This document shows, piece after piece, positions 9,264 through 19,424 of a stretch of 64,000 nucleotides of DNA. The notes under the pieces are model-generated. The model saw only the letters and a program-made list of their open reading frames with translations. It was not told where the DNA came from and searched no databases. The stretch spans positions 480,001-544,000 of the forward strand of contig CAVXWP010000009.1 in assembly GCA_963765495.1 (NCBI GenBank), given 5' to 3'. Position numbers and translations under genes: made by a program. Every line of letters starts with the position of its first letter. Position 1 is the stretch's first letter. This DNA comes from Blastocatellia bacterium (GTDB lineage: Bacteria > Acidobacteriota > Blastocatellia > UBA7656).

Positions 9264-10670
9264 TCAAACCCCCGGCATAGCCTTCTTGAGCGGTTTCAAT
9301 AAGAAGAACAAGACCACTGCCATAAAGAGCGCGCAAAGACCGAGAATGGCGAAGAAGCTCGAATGCAGCCATCGGTCCCAGTATATGCCGATCATAGTGA
9401 GCTTGTTGCCGAGGGCAGTTGCTACGAACCAGCCTCCCATCAGCAGGCCGCGCATACGCAGAGGGGCTACTTTTGAAACCAGCGAAAGCCCCATCGGAGA
9501 CAGCATCAACTCTCCGAGAGTCACAACTGCGTATGAGGCAATAAGCCAGACAGGCGACACTTTGAAAGCATAAGGATCGGCCCCGGTAACGCTTGCCTCG
9601 CCAATCTTCGCAGCGAAATAGAGAATAAAGAAACTCAATCCCGTAAGCGTCATGCCCATGGCCATCTTGGTAGGAGTTGAGGGTTCAAGCCCTCGCTTGT
9701 CGAGCCATTTCCAGAACCACACCAATGGAAAAGTGAGAGTGACGACCCAGAAGGGATTGATCGCATTTGAGATAGTGCCCGACACACTCCATTCCGTGTT
9801 CTTATCGGCCCAATAAGTCAGCGTCGATCCGTTCTGGTGAAATACCATCCAGAAAACGATGACGATCAAAAATATCACACAAAGCGCGGCGATGCGTTTC
9901 CACTCGGGTACGGTCTCCATGAGGTTTTGCCGCGCCAGGGCTTCCTCCTGATGACGGCTTACGCCTTTTGGCGGCGCGTCGACGGCCACCGCAGCTTCGT
10001 CGGTTATTTGACCAGCAGGTTGCTGGTTGAGCGGCTTTTCGGTCGTATCTTCGACATACTTCTTAAATTTCCAGAGAATACCGACCGAAATCAACATTCC
10101 GAACGCGGCCACGGCGAATGCAGGATGGTTGCCCCACTTCTGCTTGATTATCTCCATTATGATGGGGGCAATAAACGCGCCTATGTTGATGCCCATGTAA
10201 AATATGTTGTAAGCGCGATCTTTCAGGTGGCTTCCTTCCGAATATAGATTGCCGACCATTGTGGAGACATTTGGCTTGAAGAGACCGTTTCCGATGACCA
10301 GGCAAGTCAAAGCCGCGTAAACTGCCGTCAGCGACCGGAAAGATAGCAAGAGATGCCCCGCCATAAAGAAAACTCCGCCTATCATCACAGCCCGGCGATA
10401 GCCCAGTTTTTTATCGGCCAGCCAGCCGCCTACCAGAGGGCTCGCGTAAACAAACATCAGGTAATTGGCATACAGGGCCGTTGCCTGTTCGGAAGTCCAT
10501 CCAAATCCCTCGCGGGGATCTTGCAGGTAGAGCGTAAATAGCGCCAGCATGGAATAAAAGCTGAAGCGCTCCCACATCTCTGTGGCGAAAAGGACGTAAA
10601 GCCCCTTGGGATGCTTTTGCTCTATCTGACTTCCAGAAACGACGTTTTTATCAACGGTTTTAGCTCCCAT
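9264..10670 (-). CDS. POT/PTR family proton-dependent oligopeptide transporter
   Basis: HPKGL...TEMWERFSFY, GNGLFKPN, FYMGINIGAF and GELMLSPMGLS. Confidence 0.95.
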   Translation of the reverse strand: MGAKTVDKNVVSGSQIEQKHPKGLYVLFATEMWERFSFYSMLALFTLYLQDPREGFGWTSEQATALYANYLMFVYASPLVGGWLADKKLGYRRAVMIGGVFFMAGHLLLSFRSLTAVYAALTCLVIGNGLFKPNVSTMVGNLYSEGSHLKDRAYNIFYMGINIGAFIAPIIMEIIKQKWGNHPAFAVAAFGMLISVGILWKFKKYVEDTTEKPLNQQPAGQITDEAAVAVDAPPKGVSRHQEEALARQNLMETVPEWKRIAALCVIFLIVIVFWMVFHQNGSTLTYWADKNTEWSVSGTISNAINPFWVVTLTFPLVWFWKWLDKRGLEPSTPTKMAMGMTLTGLSFFILYFAAKIGEASVTGADPYAFKVSPVWLIASYAVVTLGELMLSPMGLSLVSKVAPLRMRGLLMGGWFVATALGNKLTMIGIYWDRWLHSSFFAILGLCALFMAVVLFFLLKPLKKAMPGV

Positions 10671-10928
10671 AATCTTAGCTGGTCCTCAATTTGAATTTAG
10701 CTGCGGAAAGGCGAACTGACTCCACTGGCACGGGTCGCGGCAGACACATCCCTGGAAAAAATTCCTTGCCGCGTAGCTTCTAAAGGCAGTTCGAGAAACT
10801 TGATTGTAACCTCTCAATCGGGCGAGCAGCAACCGATTCAAAGACAATTAGATAAACAACCCGATTGAAGACCGCTTGGCAAGCCTCGCCTCTGAGGATA
10901 GACTGAGCGCATCAGTCTTGATAACACT

Positions 10929-11801
10929 ATGGTTGAGTGGGATACAAACGGAAGACATTTTTATATACGCGAGGTCGAAGGAGAGGCCGAATTTCACGCC
11001 GTTGAAGAGCTTCAAAAAGAGGTGTGGAGCTTTAGCGATCTCGACATAGTACCTATGGCCACGATGATTGCGACACAGTGGGCCGGCGGCATGTTGCTGT
11101 GCGCCTTCGAAGGCGAAACGATGATAGGTTTTGTTTACGGTTTCCCGGCACACGAACACGGGCATCTCTCCATCCATTCGCATATGCTCGCGGTCAAGCC
11201 TGATTATCGCAACCTGCAAGCAGGATTTAAGCTCAAACTAGCCCAGCGCGAGTACGCGATTGAAAAGGGTTTGAGCGAAATCACATGGACGTTCGACCCG
11301 CTTCAGAGCCTGAATGCGCATTTGAACTTTGGCAAGCTCGGCGTCATAGCTCGCCGCTATATAGTGAATTTTTACGGCGAGGCGACATCGAGCCCCTTAC
11401 ACCAGGACTTCGGCACAGACCGGCTCTGGGTGAACTGGCCGATTGCAGACGACCGCGTGCAAAAACGTGTAAGTTACTATGACCGTGGGGTGCAGGCGAA
11501 AAACCTCGACCCTCATATCAAGCCGCATGTAATCGACTCTGCGGTTTTGCTGTTGCGCTCCGAAGACGGGCAACCACACCTCGCTGACCTCAACTCCCCT
11601 CTATCCGGTAATCAATCTCTGATTGAAATCCCCCATCAGATCAATTCCCTCAAACAAACCGACCCTGATGCCGCAATCGAATGGCGTAAAGCGACCCGCG
11701 CTGCTTTTCTCGCAGCGCTCAACGCCGGTTTCTATGTCAAAGATTTCTTTCAGATAAATGAAAAGCCGACCTCACGATGGCTTTACTCCCTGATTCGTTG
11801 A
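10929..11801 (+). CDS. Predicted GNAT acyltransferase (COG3375-like)
   Basis: HSHMLAV...G.KLKLAQR, ITWTFDPLQSLNAHLNFGKLG and TDRLWVNW. Confidence 0.85.
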   Translation: MVEWDTNGRHFYIREVEGEAEFHAVEELQKEVWSFSDLDIVPMATMIATQWAGGMLLCAFEGETMIGFVYGFPAHEHGHLSIHSHMLAVKPDYRNLQAGFKLKLAQREYAIEKGLSEITWTFDPLQSLNAHLNFGKLGVIARRYIVNFYGEATSSPLHQDFGTDRLWVNWPIADDRVQKRVSYYDRGVQAKNLDPHIKPHVIDSAVLLLRSEDGQPHLADLNSPLSGNQSLIEIPHQINSLKQTDPDAAIEWRKATRAAFLAALNAGFYVKDFFQINEKPTSRWLYSLIR

Positions 11802-12233
11802 ATTTTAATCGCCCGGGAACTCATCTCTCACTTCCAAGATTTTCCATTCGGAACCTACAATCGCTTTAACAAAAATTACACTACAGGCTAACATTGAAGT
11901 TAATTTTCTTTTTGGATAATTTATGATATTTATGCACTTACAGACACAAAACGAAACGCATAGGATCTGCGAATGTCCATTTTCGCACATTTATAAAGAT
12001 ATGGGCAAACTGTTTTGTAACGATATTATTTCTAGTCTCTGACAAGTTTACGAAGCGTGGCATTCGCCTTGCGATTATATATACGGTTGCCTGTTTTTGT
12101 GCTTCCGAATGAATCGAAAGGAAGCACTCCAGGCAATAATTGGGAAGATGGCGCACTAAAAGACTACGCTATCTGGATTGAGAAAGCGGCTTATTGGAGC
12201 CAGAAGAGCATTTATTGAACTAGGAGAAAGCGA

Positions 12234-13022
12234 ATGAAAAGCACAGTAGGGATATTCGAATCGCGCTCGGATGCGCAACACGCGGTCGAGCAAATGAGGT
12301 CTATCGGCATAGCTCGGGACAGAATCGATCTTTTGACTCCCCAGGTTACCGAAAAGCAGGTCAGGGCTGTGCCAACTACTGAAACCGAGCAATCAGGAAT
12401 GGGAGCCGTTTTAGGCGGCGTTGTTGGCGGAGCAATAGGCGCGGCAGGAGGTCTAAGCCTGGGGGCGGCGGCAGCCAGCCTGTTTGTGCCGGGCGTTGGT
12501 CCTATCATAGCCACAGGACTTATTGGCGCTGCCTTATTTGGAACAGGTGGCGCAATCGGCGGCGCGGCGGCGGGCGCGGCCCTTGAAGATGATATGGCTA
12601 AAGGATTGCCGAAGGACGAGCTATACCTCTACGAGGATGCGCTCAGACAGGGGCATTCCGTTGTGATAGCGATTGCAGAGGATGAGGAACAGGCTGTGGC
12701 AGCGCGCAAAATCATGGAACAGGCTGGAGCCGAAAGCCTGGACGCGGCGCGCGAGGACTGGTGGCTTGGCCTCAGGGATGTCGAAAACGAGCACTATTCC
12801 GAGCAGGGAGGAGACTTCGCAACCGACGAGCCGCATTATCGTCGCGGATTCGAGGCATCCCTGCACCCGGAAAGGCGCGAGTTACCTTATGATGAGGCAG
12901 TTGGTTATCTGGTTGAGTGCTATGGAGATGAATGTCGAGAGAAAGCCTTTCGCATAGGATATGATCGCGGTCAGGCTTACAACAGGCAACTGAAAGAAAA
13001 GCACGATCAGAAGACTAAGTGA
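12234..13022 (+). CDS. General stress protein-like membrane protein with glycine zipper
   Basis: VGIFESRSDAQHAVEQM, Gly/Ala-rich helices, FVPGVGPIIATG and GLPKDELYLYEDALRQG. AGGAG RBS. Confidence 0.7.
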   Translation: MKSTVGIFESRSDAQHAVEQMRSIGIARDRIDLLTPQVTEKQVRAVPTTETEQSGMGAVLGGVVGGAIGAAGGLSLGAAAASLFVPGVGPIIATGLIGAALFGTGGAIGGAAAGAALEDDMAKGLPKDELYLYEDALRQGHSVVIAIAEDEEQAVAARKIMEQAGAESLDAAREDWWLGLRDVENEHYSEQGGDFATDEPHYRRGFEASLHPERRELPYDEAVGYLVECYGDECREKAFRIGYDRGQAYNRQLKEKHDQKTK

Positions 13023-13183
13023 AACAATCGCGCGCGAAACGCGAGTCAGCGCCGCTCTATGCCGATGAAGGCAAAGAATTAGAGACCGGCTGGGATGTCG
13101 CTTTATTGCGGTTTTCATCGGTGTAGACGGCATTGATTCGTCTTTGAATATGATCTTGCATTAATGTGCTCGGATTCTTCACT

Positions 13184-13213
13184 TTGACTGCAACCCGGTG
13201 CGCGCAATAAAAT
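13184..13213 (+). promoter_or_regulatory. Putative sigma70 promoter
   Basis: TTGACT-18 bp-TAAAAT, 40 bp upstream of ATG 13253. Confidence 0.4.
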
Positions 13214-13252
13214 ATCTTCCTGGAAATCGCTTGCCTCGGCGATGTTTAATTA

Positions 13253-14476
13253 ATGCGAATTTCTATTTTCATATTCATAACCTTCATGTTTGCGCCGATT
13301 GATATCTGTCTGGCGCAGACAACTACGCCATCTTCACCTCAGTCTGCGCAGGAAACCGCAAGCGCAAAACCCGCACAAAGCGGCATACAAAGGGAAGCTA
13401 CCCCTGCCGAAGCCGGCGCAACATCCAGTTCACCAATGGCGCTTCCATTCAAGAACTCATGGCACTATCTGACCGACAATGCGTCTATGCTTAAACCCAC
13501 ACTCGATGGTTCGAGCATATACCTTCCTCTCGCGGAGGGGCGCGTCATATGCCTTGATCGAAAATCGGGAGCGATGCTTTGGTCCAGCGAGCCTGGAGGA
13601 GAGATCTCTGCGCCGGTTGTTGCGGGTGAAAAGGTAATCTATGTAGCTACGAGCAAGACGGCTGAGGACGGGTCGGAAGCGGGCGCATCGTTGCGAGCTC
13701 TGGATAAGACAACCGGCCTGACCGTCTGGGCGCGCGATTATTCAAGACCCTACACATCGCCGCTTGAGATTGGCGCTGACAGGATTTATGCGGGTAGCGC
13801 GGACGGAGCCTTTTATGCTCTGAGCGCAGAAACCGGAGAGATAATCTGGAAAGTAGAGACACAGGATGTGGTGCGCGGGCGGGCGCTATTGACCGAGGGG
13901 GCTATCTATTTTGGCAGTGATGACGGGGCATTGCGCGGCGTGGATGCGAAAAGCGGGCGCGAGATATGGAAGTTTCAGACGGGAGGCAAGATCAGGGGAC
14001 GCCCTGCAATCGGCGAGAACGAAATATATTTCGGGTCAGGCGACGGCTATCTGTACGCGGTCGACCTGAATACTCGAAAGCTGCGATGGCGTTCGCGTAC
14101 AGGAGCAGCGATAGAGGCTTCGCCCGTGCTGACGGGCGACCGCGTGCTTGTGGCTTCGTTTGATAATTTCATTTACGCGCTCGCGCTATCGAGCGGGGAT
14201 CGAATATGGAAACGCAGACTCGATAATCGCATCACGGCCGACCCGATAGTCGAGGGCGATGCTACAATGATCGCTCCCTTGCGTGGAAATCATGTGGCCG
14301 TCTTTCTCACCTCCGACGGGCGGCGTGTGAATTATTATAAGCTGGATCGCGGGGCGGAAATCGTAGCCGATCCCATCTTTTCCGATGATACGCTTGTGCT
14401 TGCCACTGATAAGGGAATCGTTGTCGCAGTCTCTACTCAGCCCACTCAAAGCCCCGCAAACTCGATTGATAAATGA
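13253..14476 (+). CDS. PQQ-like beta-propeller repeat protein (BamB-like)
   Basis: Signal peptide and repeated YxGSxDGxxYAxDxxTGxxxW motifs. Confidence 0.88.
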   Translation: MRISIFIFITFMFAPIDICLAQTTTPSSPQSAQETASAKPAQSGIQREATPAEAGATSSSPMALPFKNSWHYLTDNASMLKPTLDGSSIYLPLAEGRVICLDRKSGAMLWSSEPGGEISAPVVAGEKVIYVATSKTAEDGSEAGASLRALDKTTGLTVWARDYSRPYTSPLEIGADRIYAGSADGAFYALSAETGEIIWKVETQDVVRGRALLTEGAIYFGSDDGALRGVDAKSGREIWKFQTGGKIRGRPAIGENEIYFGSGDGYLYAVDLNTRKLRWRSRTGAAIEASPVLTGDRVLVASFDNFIYALALSSGDRIWKRRLDNRITADPIVEGDATMIAPLRGNHVAVFLTSDGRRVNYYKLDRGAEIVADPIFSDDTLVLATDKGIVVAVSTQPTQSPANSIDK

Positions 14477-14961
14477 GAAGCGGGTTGCGCTGAAGGCAAA
14501 GCCGCCGCAGCGTAGAAGACACACTCCTGCCGTGTTTTTACAATCTTCCTTTGACGCTGCGGCGACGGTATCGGAACAAGCGGGGGGCTTTGTCCGATAG
14601 GGGCGGGGGGCAATACGGGGGGGGGGGCGAATTCAGTTAAAACTTGTATAGAATAAGGTTCAATTCACAGAGACTTATCAAATTCATTCTTAACGATCTT
14701 TACTATAACAATTGCCGTTCCATAACCAGGCTTGAACCTGTCAAAGTCAGTTCGGCCTTTACTGACAGCTTTTATCATTGCCATTCTGATGGAAAACGGT
14801 TTCAAGCGAAAGCGATTTCAATCACATTGAAAGAATTGTTGCGCCTGAAAAATGTTAGATTGACCGAATGTCGGCTTAACCGCGATCCGTTGTAGCTGGT
14901 AAGTCACTCTCTACCAATATCTCGTAGTAGTAAGAATCTGCGCTCATCTCTCCGGCTTTCA

Positions 14962-16188
14962 CTATTTGGCAGCAGCGCCTCTCACTATTTGGCACAATCG
15001 CTCAACACCTTCGATGATTTTTTCGGGCGATTCTTTTGAGAACGCCAGGCGCAGGGTGTTGGCTCCGCTCTCGTCAACGAAGAAGGGCTGGCCCGGCACA
15101 TATGCCACTCCGTGCTCGATAGCAGAAGGCAGCAGCCGGGTCGCATCCAGCCTTCCGGTCAATTTCATCAAGATGAAGAAACCTCCGAGAGGTTGGGTCC
15201 ATTTTGAATCTGTGGGGGCAAAGCGTTCGAGTGCGCCAAGCATAGCTCGGCAACGCGTCTGGTAAAATGCTCGCAACTCGGGCAATCGTCGTTCGACCAA
15301 TCCCGAACGCAGGGCTTCGATGACTATAGCCTGATCAAGCACACTCGAAGAAAGGTCGGCCCCTTCTTTGGCGAGTTCGACCTTGTCGGCAATTGGTTTT
15401 GGTGCTCGCAACCACGCGGTACGAAGGCCGGGAGCCAGCACTTTTGAAAAGCTGCTAAGGTAGACGACGCGCGATGGTCGCAGGGCGGCAAGCGGCTTGA
15501 AACGGTCAGCCTCCGGGGTAAAATAGAGCTCAAAGTAAGGATCATCTTCTATAATGAGAAGGTCATACTCGTCTGCTACTTCGATCAATTGCGCGCGTCG
15601 ATCTGAGGTGAGGGTCACGCCCGAGGGGTTTTGAAAATTCGGGATCGTATAGATGCACTTTATCCTGCGTCCGGCGGCGCGCAAGCGATCAATCTGCTCT
15701 TTGAGATCGCTTATGATTATCCCGCTTTCATCCTGGCGCACGCCTACGAGTTCAGCCTGTGCATTATGAAGAGCTACCGTCCCGCCTATGTAACTGGGAA
15801 GCTCTACAAGCGCCACATCGCCGGGATCAATGAGTACGCGAGAGATCAGGTCCAGCCCCTGCTGCGAGCCCGTAGTCATTACAACCTCTTCCGTGGTTAC
15901 TCCCTCAATCCCCCGCTCAAGCATAGTCTTTACGACCGCTTCGACCAGCTTGCTTTGTCCTCGCGTAGGCCCGTACTGAAGGGCGAACCTTCCGCGCTCG
16001 CTTATGACACGCGATGCAATTTCGGCCAGTTCTTCAACGGGAAAAGTCTCGGCGCTTGGCGCACCGGCCGCGAGCGAAATCACATCGCTACGGCCAAGCA
16101 ATTGAGTCAGCTTTCTGATGGCATTCGGACGCATGGTTCGTCCAGTGGTCGAGAATAGATTTTCGTATCCCGGTTCGGTTTCAATCAT
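14962..16188 (-). CDS. PLP-dependent class I aminotransferase (LysN/MocR-like)
   Basis: ISLAAGAP, TTGSQQGLD, IPNFQNPSG, EDDPY and SFSKVLAPGLR. Confidence 0.92.
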   Translation of the reverse strand: MIETEPGYENLFSTTGRTMRPNAIRKLTQLLGRSDVISLAAGAPSAETFPVEELAEIASRVISERGRFALQYGPTRGQSKLVEAVVKTMLERGIEGVTTEEVVMTTGSQQGLDLISRVLIDPGDVALVELPSYIGGTVALHNAQAELVGVRQDESGIIISDLKEQIDRLRAAGRRIKCIYTIPNFQNPSGVTLTSDRRAQLIEVADEYDLLIIEDDPYFELYFTPEADRFKPLAALRPSRVVYLSSFSKVLAPGLRTAWLRAPKPIADKVELAKEGADLSSSVLDQAIVIEALRSGLVERRLPELRAFYQTRCRAMLGALERFAPTDSKWTQPLGGFFILMKLTGRLDATRLLPSAIEHGVAYVPGQPFFVDESGANTLRLAFSKESPEKIIEGVERLCQIVRGAAAK

Positions 16189-16202
16189 AAGGAGGCCGCC
16201 AT

Positions 16203-16760
16203 TTATTTTTTATCCGAAGCAGTTGTAAATACCAGTTCCACATCAAGTTTAGGTTGAACCGGATCATTCGATTTAATAGTCACTTTCTTGGTGTGTTCTC
16301 CGGGAGCGATGCCCGTGTTGACCTTGACTTTGATTGTGCCCGCCTTACCAGGCGGGAGGACTTTCGGGAAGTCCACGGTGGTGCATCCTCAGCTAGGTTC
16401 GACGGCTTCTATCTTGAGTTTCTTAGTGCCGTTATTTTTCACCACGAACGTACGCGTAAGCTCCTTATTCTGCGGCTGTTTGCCAAATTCGAGCCGTTTG
16501 ACCGGGACTACCAGTTTAGGGCCATCTTTCTCGCCGGCCCCGGTCGATGTCGCAGCCTCCGGCTGAACTTCGGGCGCTGCCGCTTCGGATGAGCCTGTAT
16601 CTGATGTGGCCTGCGGCGTGCCGTTTTCCGTCACTATAGGCTGTGACGGCCCGGCATTGGTATTAGCCGTATCCGAGCCTTCGGGTGGTTTACTGCACGC
16701 AGCAGCCAGGGCTGCCGCCAAGATTAGCATCAGGTAAAAAGGTCTAATTCGTTTTATCAT
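16203..16760 (-). CDS. DUF1573 (Ig-like) lipoprotein with in-frame TGA at a conserved Cys: candidate selenoprotein (185 aa)
   Basis: Lipobox ALAAAC. The frame reads FVVKNNGTKKLKIEAVEPS-TGA-GCTTVDFPKVLPPGKAGTIKVKVNT...KKVTIKSNDPVQPKL to TAA at 16203-16205. The TGA (16389-16391) replaces the first Cys of the DUF1573 SCGCT motif. Confidence 0.75.
16339..16374 (-). promoter_or_regulatory. Candidate bacterial SECIS hairpins
   Basis: Downstream of the UGA: GGACUU-CCCGA-AAGUCC (stem begins after a 14-nt spacer) and CCCGCCU-GGUA-AGGCGGG (G-initiated loop after 39 nt). Confidence 0.45.
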
Positions 16761-16806
16761 CGCAGGAATAATTTAGCATGGAATAGCCGCGCAATAGAAC
16801 GGCGAA

Positions 16807-17184
16807 TCACTCGCTTTCAGAAAGCGTGACGACGGTGGCACCCCAGCCCCCTGCATCCACAGGCGCGTCGCGGAACTCGGCTACATAGGGAGTGCGCGCA
16901 AGAATAGAGCGCACGATTTCACGTTGGACGCCCACGCCCTTGCCATGAATTATTCGCACCCAGCGTATGCGGCGGCGGCGCGCTTCTTCCAGGTAATCTT
17001 CGACAACAGCGCGCACCTGTCGCGGCGGAATCGAGTGCAGATCAATTACGTCACGAAACTCAACGAGCACAGGATCGGGGAAAGGATTGAGCGGATCAAA
17101 CGCCTCGTCATCCTCCAACTCATTTCGCTGCTCGTTTTCGAACCGGTTTCTGCGCAGCGCCCTCAGCAAGCGACCAAAGATCAT
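16807..17184 (-). CDS. Smr domain protein
   Basis: IDLHS, VRIIHGKGVGVQR and GGWGATVV. Start moved to ATG 17184. Confidence 0.9.
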   Translation of the reverse strand: MIFGRLLRALRRNRFENEQRNELEDDEAFDPLNPFPDPVLVEFRDVIDLHSIPPRQVRAVVEDYLEEARRRRIRWVRIIHGKGVGVQREIVRSILARTPYVAEFRDAPVDAGGWGATVVTLSESE

Positions 17185-17284
17185 ATTGAGATCATATTTA
17201 TGTTCCTGAAATGATTCAACCGCGCGGTGGTTCCGGGTCGGGGAAGAGATTAGAGAGAGCAGAGAGTATCTGTTCAGAAAGGGA

Positions 17285-17353
17285 GAAAATTTGCCACAGA
17301 GACACAAAGACACAGAGAAATTTTATAATCTTTTCTCTGTGACTCTGTGGCTA
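17285..17353. repeat. Hairpin element of (GCCACAGA)-type arms, copy 2
   Basis: The reverse complement tagccacagagtcacagagaaaagattataaaatttctctgtg...ctgtggcaaatttt aligns with 2285-2360. Confidence 0.8.
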
Positions 17354-17426
17354 CTGCTGGACTCTTACCGCAGAGAAGCATTCTTGATACTGCTCGTTTT
17401 CGGTGTTCCACTGCGCCGGGATATTC

Positions 17427-17774
17427 TTATCTGGGTTTATTCTCTGCCGCCTGAAGCGTTCTCATATTTGAGTTCTCTTCTTCAGAATTCACCTTTATCA
17501 CGACATCGCCCGGGCGAACCAGCCCGAGGTTTTGTCTTGCGATTGATTCAATAAAGCGCGGGTTGGTCTTCAGTAATTTGACCTCGTTGGCCAACCTCTC
17601 GGTTTCGATCTTCAGGTCTTCGACCCGTTGCGCGGCAGCTTGATTCTTACTTATGGCCGCCTCGATCTCTTCGCCCGTGCGCCAGTAGGCGGATACGCAA
17701 AGAGCAGCGGCGCTCAGAATTATCATAGCAATCAAACCATCTATTAGACGGTGAGAATTGACTTTCTGTTTCAT
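17427..17774 (-). CDS. Septum formation initiator (FtsB/DivIC family)
   Basis: TM helix, coiled coil, and IESIARQNLGLVRPGDVVI. Confidence 0.82.
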   Translation of the reverse strand: MKQKVNSHRLIDGLIAMIILSAAALCVSAYWRTGEEIEAAISKNQAAAQRVEDLKIETERLANEVKLLKTNPRFIESIARQNLGLVRPGDVVIKVNSEEENSNMRTLQAAENKPR

Positions 17775-18363
17775 GATGTGGCTCACCCTTGTGGATGAGT
17801 TTAATTGATTGACCAGTAATGTATTAACCGCTTGACTCACCTGACACCTCCAAACTTGATCGCCAGCAACCACGGCCCTTATCCACACCCGGGTCCGCAG
17901 AGACAAGTGCGCTCATCAGCGAAATTTACCCGCTAATCTGTATGATGTTTTATTTCTTGATTAACTATTTAGCCTTTGAAGGCAAGAGCGATACTAAGTT
18001 TGTTTGAACCTGTTTTTCTCTTCTTAAGTGGACGTCAAGACTCCTGTGGGGGACAGGCTTGCTGACAGGTTGGGACTTTACCACCTTTCGCCTGGCAGTG
18101 CAACACTTTTTTTTTGAATATTTCAAAGCGGCAAGTTGACGTTCTACTTTAACAGTTTATTCACGCTCTCGATCTTCTGAAACTGCGAGGCCAGACGACC
18201 GATTGCAAATGAATGGTTGGGAACCGGCTCCGCTTTGGATCAGATATGATCTTGCGGATACGGTCTCTTATTGCGAGCCGACCTTAAAATCATTATGCTT
18301 TGTGACTGCCGAGCGATACGGCTCAAAATCGGATGGTTTAAAAACATTTGGAGGTACATACTT

Positions 18364-19317
18364 TTGCCTGATTATGTCAGTTCGACTGTCGAGCACATAA
18401 AGGGTGAGATAAGCAAGGCCATAGTCGGCCAGGACCAGGTAATAGAACAGGTTTTGATCGCGCTGTTGACCGAGGGACACGCCCTGATCGAAGGCGTACC
18501 GGGGACGGCCAAGACGCTGCTGGTAAAGGTGCTCGCCAGAGTGATTGGGGCGGATTTCGGGCGCATCCAGTTTACCCCTGATCTTATGCCCGCCGATGTG
18601 ACGGGGACAAATATATTCAACATGTCCACCTCGACCTTTACCTTGAGGCAGGGGCCCCTGTTTACCGACCTCTTGCTTGCCGACGAGATCAACCGCACTC
18701 CGCCAAAGACTCAGGCGGCGCTGCTCGAAGCCATGGAAGAACGGCAGGTCACAATTGACGGCGATCTGCACAAGCTGTCGCCGATGTTCACCGTGCTCGC
18801 CACTCAAAACCCGATTGAATATGAAGGCACTTATCCGCTGCCCGAGGCTCAGTTGGACCGATTCATTTTGAAGATACTGGTCAGCTATCCAAACGCCGAA
18901 GAGGAGTTGCGGGTGGTCTCGAACTGGAATCAGGGGTTTAATGCGCGCCGTCTGGAAGACCTCGACCTGCGCCCCCTGTCCGATCCAGCGGCCATTCTGG
19001 AATGCCGCTCGCTCGTGCGGCGCATTACGGTAGAGGAAGGCATCCAGCGATACATAGTCTCAATCGTTCGGGGCACTCGCGAAGCCATAAATATCTCGTG
19101 GGGCGCAAGCCCGCGCGCAGCCGTAGCCTTGCTGCTCTGTTCCAAGGCGCTTGCGGCCATTCGTGGCCGCGATTTCGTCACACCAGACGATGTGAAAGAG
19201 GTAACCCGTCCCGTGCTGCGCCACCGAATAATCCTGCGCTCAGAGGCTGAGATCGAAGGCACTTCGGCCGATCAGGTTCTCGACGAGGTGACGGCAGGGA
19301 TAGAGGTGCCGAGATGA
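18364..19317 (+). CDS. MoxR-family AAA+ ATPase
   Basis: [44 protein letters not shown] and [17 protein letters not shown] start after a GGAGGT RBS. Confidence 0.95.
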   Translation: MPDYVSSTVEHIKGEISKAIVGQDQVIEQVLIALLTEGHALIEGVPGTAKTLLVKVLARVIGADFGRIQFTPDLMPADVTGTNIFNMSTSTFTLRQGPLFTDLLLADEINRTPPKTQAALLEAMEERQVTIDGDLHKLSPMFTVLATQNPIEYEGTYPLPEAQLDRFILKILVSYPNAEEELRVVSNWNQGFNARRLEDLDLRPLSDPAAILECRSLVRRITVEEGIQRYIVSIVRGTREAINISWGASPRAAVALLLCSKALAAIRGRDFVTPDDVKEVTRPVLRHRIILRSEAEIEGTSADQVLDEVTAGIEVPR

Positions 19318-19410
19318 TTCGTGATGCGTGATGCGTGACTTTCAGGAAGTCCACAGGTTTAAGACAACTTGCAAGCCTGCTTGCGTCACGAATCACGAAT
19401 CACAAATCAC
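19313..19410. repeat. Hairpin element with (GTGATGC)n/(AATCACG)n arms
   Basis: gatgattcgtgatgcgtgatgcgtga...tcacgaatcacgaatcacaaatcac. The spacer is homologous to that of the 63538 copy. Confidence 0.85.
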
Positions 19411-19424
19411 TGAGCGCATCACGT

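Noticed and set aside
10725-10742. Sigma54 promoter at TGGCACGGGTCGCGG
   Set aside because: It lacks the -12 TTGC element.
11802-12233. AT-rich gap as a small gene or mobile element end
   Set aside because: No credible ORF with RBS and no terminal repeats; probably a promoter region.
16389-16760. 123-aa ORF as a complete gene
   Set aside because: It ends mid-domain at a TGA aligned to a conserved Cys, and the frame continues to 16203.
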